Part shown: one piece after another, positions 3,525 through 5,596 of the stretch
Layout of the letters: each line of letters begins with the position of its first letter
Numbering within the stretch: position 1 is the stretch's first letter
Source of the DNA: a plasmid
Strand: one strand, 5' to 3'
Sequence record: NZ_CP087668.1
DNA: 5,596 bases
Made by a program: the position numbers and the translations under genes
The notes under the pieces: generated by a model
Seen by the model: the letters and a program-made list of their open reading frames with translations, nothing else
The model's database searches: none
What the model was told of the DNA's origin: nothing

Positions 3525-5049
3525 GTTTCATCCGCGAGGGCGAGGCGGCGGTGCCGGGCCGGTGGATTATCTGCTGGGGAAAGACCGCCAGCGCGACGGG
3601 GCCATCGTCCTGCAGGGAAAGCCGGAGGAGGTCCGGGAGCTTATCGACGCCTCGCCCTACGCCAAAAAGTACACCTCCGGCGTCCTGTCTTTTGCTGAAC
3701 AGGATTTACCGCCCGGCCAGCGTGAAAAGCTGATGGCGAGCTTCGAGCGGGTTCTGATGCCCGGACTCGATAAAGACCAGTACAGCGTGCTGTGGGTTGA
3801 ACACCGGGACAAGGGGCGGCTGGAACTGAATTTTCTGGTACCGAACACGGAACTGCTGACCGGCAGGCGTCTCCAGCCGTACTACGACCGGGCAGACCGT
3901 CCGCGCATCGATGCGTGGCAGACCGTGGTGAACGGGCGACTGGGGCTGCACGACCCGAACGCACCGGAGAACCGGCGCGCGCTGGTGACGCCATCTTCGT
4001 TACCCAAAACGAAGCAGGAAGCCGCAGAGGCTATTACGCGGGGCTTACTGGCCCTCGCCTCGTCAGGGGAGCTTAAAACGCGTCAGGACGTCACTGAGGC
4101 GCTGGAAAGCGCAGGTTTTGAGGTCGTGCGCACCACAAAGAGCAGCATCAGCATTGCCGACCCGGACGGAGGGCGAAACATCCGACTTAAGGGAGCCATC
4201 TATGAACAGTCTTTTAACGCTGGCGAAGGACTTAGAGCAGAAATCGAAAGCGCAGCAGCAGAGTACCGGCGAAATGCTGAAAGCCGCATTCAGCGAGCAC
4301 GAGAAGTCTGTCAGAGCGGAACTGAGCGAAAGCGGGAAGAGAATCAGCGCCGCCATCCGCGCCCACGAGCAGGGTATGAGCGCGGCCATGCAGTCGAACC
4401 GCCTGAGCGTGATGCGTATGGTCGGGCGGACATGGCTGACCATCACGATGGTGTCAGGACTGCTGTTCGCCAGCCTGAGCGGGGTGTTGTGGTATCAGGG
4501 GAGCTTGATAGCGTCAAATCTGGCCGAAATCGACCGGCAGAACGCAGCGCTGTCGAAGCTGAACGCGAAGACCTGGGGCGTGACGTACCTGGAAGACAGC
4601 AACGGACGTTTTCTGGTGCTGCCGAAGGGGACGGCCGTAGACAGGACGCAGAGCTGGACGGTCGGGAACGGGCGGTCGAAGCAGAACGCGCTGAGACTGG
4701 TGAAGGAGTAAGTGCCGATGACCGAGCTGGAAAAACAGTTGCTGAGCGCATTAGAGCAGCTACAGCAGGACTACTCGAAAAGGCTGGACGAGTGGGAGAG
4801 CGCCTTCGGGGAATGGCGGAAAATGTCAGGGCTTATGCAACGGGAGAACGCGGCGCTGAGCGAGCGCGTGACGCGCTTGAGTCAGCAGGTGGAACGCTTG
4901 AGCGGGCAACTGCAGCGTTTGAGCCGGTAGTGCAGCGTCATGAGATGGCCGTGGCCGCAGAACGGGCGCACGAGCAACGGCAGCACGAAAAGGAACTGAC
5001 GGAAGCGCGTTCCCGGCAGCGAAGCTATGACGGTCCGTCGCTGGGCTGA
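3514..5049 (+). CDS. mbeA: MOB-HEN family relaxase MbeA (511 aa)
   Basis: The ATG at 3514 is preceded by AAGGGGG. The N-terminus MIVKFHPRGRGGGAGPVDYLLG places the catalytic Tyr at residue 19 (codon 3568-3570). WVEHRDKGRLELNF gives His97, Glu104 and Asn106, the ColE1 MbeA HEN metal-binding motif. The C-terminal half is low-complexity and rich in Arg, Glu and Ala, as in ColE1 MbeA. The stop is TGA at 5047-5049. Confidence 0.9.
   Translation: MIVKFHPRGRGGGAGPVDYLLGKDRQRDGAIVLQGKPEEVRELIDASPYAKKYTSGVLSFAEQDLPPGQREKLMASFERVLMPGLDKDQYSVLWVEHRDKGRLELNFLVPNTELLTGRRLQPYYDRADRPRIDAWQTVVNGRLGLHDPNAPENRRALVTPSSLPKTKQEAAEAITRGLLALASSGELKTRQDVTEALESAGFEVVRTTKSSISIADPDGGRNIRLKGAIYEQSFNAGEGLRAEIESAAAEYRRNAESRIQRAREVCQSGTERKREENQRRHPRPRAGYERGHAVEPPERDAYGRADMADHHDGVRTAVRQPERGVVVSGELDSVKSGRNRPAERSAVEAEREDLGRDVPGRQQRTFSGAAEGDGRRQDAELDGRERAVEAERAETGEGVSADDRAGKTVAERIRAATAGLLEKAGRVGERLRGMAENVRAYATGERGAERARDALESAGGTLERATAAFEPVVQRHEMAVAAERAHEQRQHEKELTEARSRQRSYDGPSLG
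4202..4711 (+). CDS. mbeB: MbeB-like mobilization protein (169 aa), nested within mbeA in a different frame. It is predicted to be membrane-associated.
   Basis: The ATG at 4202 follows an AAGGGAG Shine-Dalgarno at 4189-4195. It is a long open frame in a 62% GC region. A hydrophobic segment TWLTITMVSGLLFASLSGVLWY is present. The size matches ColE1 MbeB at about 172 aa, as does the nested position. Confidence 0.7.
   Translation: MNSLLTLAKDLEQKSKAQQQSTGEMLKAAFSEHEKSVRAELSESGKRISAAIRAHEQGMSAAMQSNRLSVMRMVGRTWLTITMVSGLLFASLSGVLWYQGSLIASNLAEIDRQNAALSKLNAKTWGVTYLEDSNGRFLVLPKGTAVDRTQSWTVGNGRSKQNALRLVKE
4718..4930 (+). CDS. mbeD: MbeD-like small coiled-coil protein (70 aa), nested within mbeA. In ColE1 this gene is associated with entry exclusion.
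   Basis: The ATG at 4718 follows a GAAGGAG Shine-Dalgarno at 4702-4708, straight after the mbeB stop. It is in the same frame as mbeB and separated from it by a single stop. The heptad-rich sequence LEKQLLSALEQLQQ...LSQQVERLSGQLQRL suggests a coiled coil. Confidence 0.6.
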   Translation: MTELEKQLLSALEQLQQDYSKRLDEWESAFGEWRKMSGLMQRENAALSERVTRLSQQVERLSGQLQRLSR

Positions 5050-5105
5050 AATGCAGGAAAACAGGGTTCTCATCGGGCATTTACGCTGAAACCGGATGTC
5101 ATTCA

Positions 5106-5131
5106 CCTGGCTGCATGGCTATGCAGCCAGG
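5106..5131 (+). other. Perfect 11-bp-stem hairpin downstream of mbeA. It may be a weak terminator or a protein-binding site.
   Basis: CCTGGCTGCAT, loop GGCT, ATGCAGCCAGG. Only a short, interrupted T tract follows (TAAAATTTATCT). Confidence 0.3.
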
Positions 5132-5273
5132 TAAAATTTATCTGTCGCGAACGGGGCGGTTTATCGGGTGGTTTGTTGCCGGTTTTACCTGACTGCCACC
5201 CCGTTCGCGGCGAACCCGTCCGGGGCGGTGCGGGCAACGGGTGTTATGTTTAATCAGCGTGAACGGCAGATAC

Positions 5274-5297
5274 AAAAAAGCCCCGGAGGGCTTTTAA
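5274..5297. terminator. Bidirectional rho-independent terminator
   Basis: A6-GCCC-CGGA-GGGC-T4. On the + strand the stem is followed by TTTT, and on the - strand by TTTTTT. It closes mob-region transcription on one side and the small - strand unit (5306-5506) on the other. Confidence 0.6.
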
Positions 5298-5305
5298 CTA
5301 CTGAC

Positions 5306-5434
5306 TTATTTTTTTGAAGATTTGCTGGGTTTCAATTTGTCAGTATTTCCCGGCGTTTTTTTATTGTCACGCTGGCGTTTATCAGGTTCCCCTGTTGAAT
5401 CGGCAATTCGTTTCGGACCCGGCTTAAGACCCAT
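5306..5434 (-). CDS. Possible 42-codon highly basic small ORF (MGLKPGPKRIADSTGEPDKRQRDNKKTPGNTDKLKPSKSSKK). It may instead be a noncoding transcript, and confidence is low.
   Basis: The ATG at 5432-5434 on the - strand has AAGGA 8 nt upstream. A - strand promoter-like TTGATA (+ strand 5501-5506), 17 nt, TATATC (+ strand 5478-5483) lies upstream. The bidirectional terminator sits directly downstream. The sequence is low-complexity, so it may be spurious. Confidence 0.2.
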   Translation of the reverse strand: MGLKPGPKRIADSTGEPDKRQRDNKKTPGNTDKLKPSKSSKK

Positions 5435-5596
5435 AATCGTTATCCTTTCAATAGTTAAGAGGAAAGCCCTCAAGCTAGATATATTGACCGCGTTACGGAT
5501 TATCAAGAGGGGCTAACAAGATTATTTTTTGTTCTTTTAGGTTGATTGTGGTACTGTTGATATACATGTATAGCAAATGGTGTTCGGGAGGTTTAT

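Noticed and set aside
3152-5106. Numerous antisense and alternate-frame ORFs inside mbeC/mbeA: 3152..3382-, 3223..3453+, 3551..3733+, 3641..3994-, 3657..3848-, 3706..3951-, 4063..4446-, 4443..4751-, 4826..5080-, 4882..5106-
   Set aside because: They are expected artefacts of high-GC coding sequence with few stop codons. They have no ribosome-binding sites and their Arg/Ala/Pro-rich translations are typical of GC-rich frames. Only the two + strand nested frames with Shine-Dalgarno sequences (mbeB, mbeD) were accepted.
5322-5516. 64-aa + strand ORF
   Set aside because: It has a TTG start without a ribosome-binding site. It is antisense to the better-organised - strand promoter/ORF/terminator unit, and the sequence is hydrophobic and random-looking.
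1-5596. Search for CRISPR repeats, tRNA/rRNA genes, IS elements or transposase inverted repeats
   Set aside because: No regularly spaced direct repeats, no cloverleaf-compatible tRNA-like segments, and no transposase-like ORF or terminal inverted repeats were seen. The only sign of mobility is the oriT/mob system and the Xer-like core.

Overview
This window reads as a segment of a ColE1-family mobilizable plasmid carrying a foreign AT-rich insert. The elements below are listed left to right, and the insert is the main item of interest.

1. Positions 1-475, + strand: a ParD/RelB-like ribbon-helix-helix antitoxin and a RelE/ParE-like toxin. The toxin appears to start at a TTG that overlaps the antitoxin by 17 nt. 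An intrinsic terminator follows at 476-498.
2. Positions 498-525: a cer/psi-like XerC/XerD core. The XerD arm, TTATGGTAAAT, is an 11/11 match to ColE1 cer. The expected accessory sequences are not evident.
3. Positions 545-1935, - strand: a strongly AT-rich (about 25-30% GC) operon of three tightly spaced genes, set in a backbone that is otherwise 55-62% GC. The genes are a 108-aa ParD-like RHH protein, a 181-aa protein I cannot assign to any family, and a 131-aa exported protein with two cysteines whose Y-x-C...LTVK...C-x-L pattern is weakly reminiscent of the MliC/PliC fold. The operon is driven from a promoter region packed with ATTGCG / TGCGCA repeats. I believe this is foreign cargo and the best candidate here for an undescribed toxin-antitoxin or defence-like module. 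I cannot name its function.
4. Positions 2040-2660: a ColE1-type replication origin. The RNAII promoter and preprimer are on the + strand, the antisense RNAI with its own promoter and terminator is on the - strand, and the RNA/DNA switch lies near 2645-2655. No rom/rop gene is present.
5. Positions 2780-3010: a bom/oriT region. Its nic sequence, GTATACTGGCTTACTATGTTGGCA on the - strand, is nearly identical to ColE1/p15A, and a perfect 18-bp palindrome sits beside it.
6. Positions 3014-5049: a ColE1-like mobilization operon. A 58-codon basic ORF is translationally coupled to mbeC. mbeA follows, a MOB-HEN relaxase in which Tyr19, His97, Glu104 and Asn106 are all readable. mbeB and mbeD are nested inside mbeA in another frame.
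7. Positions 5098-5260: a structured noncoding stretch with a hairpin, a long-range 11-bp inverted repeat and direct repeats.
8. Positions 5277-5294: a bidirectional terminator.
9. Positions 5306-5510, - strand: a compact possible small transcription unit.

The last bases, gggaggtttat, look like a ribosome-binding site for a + strand gene that would begin just past the window. No CRISPR array, rRNA, tRNA or transposase is visible.
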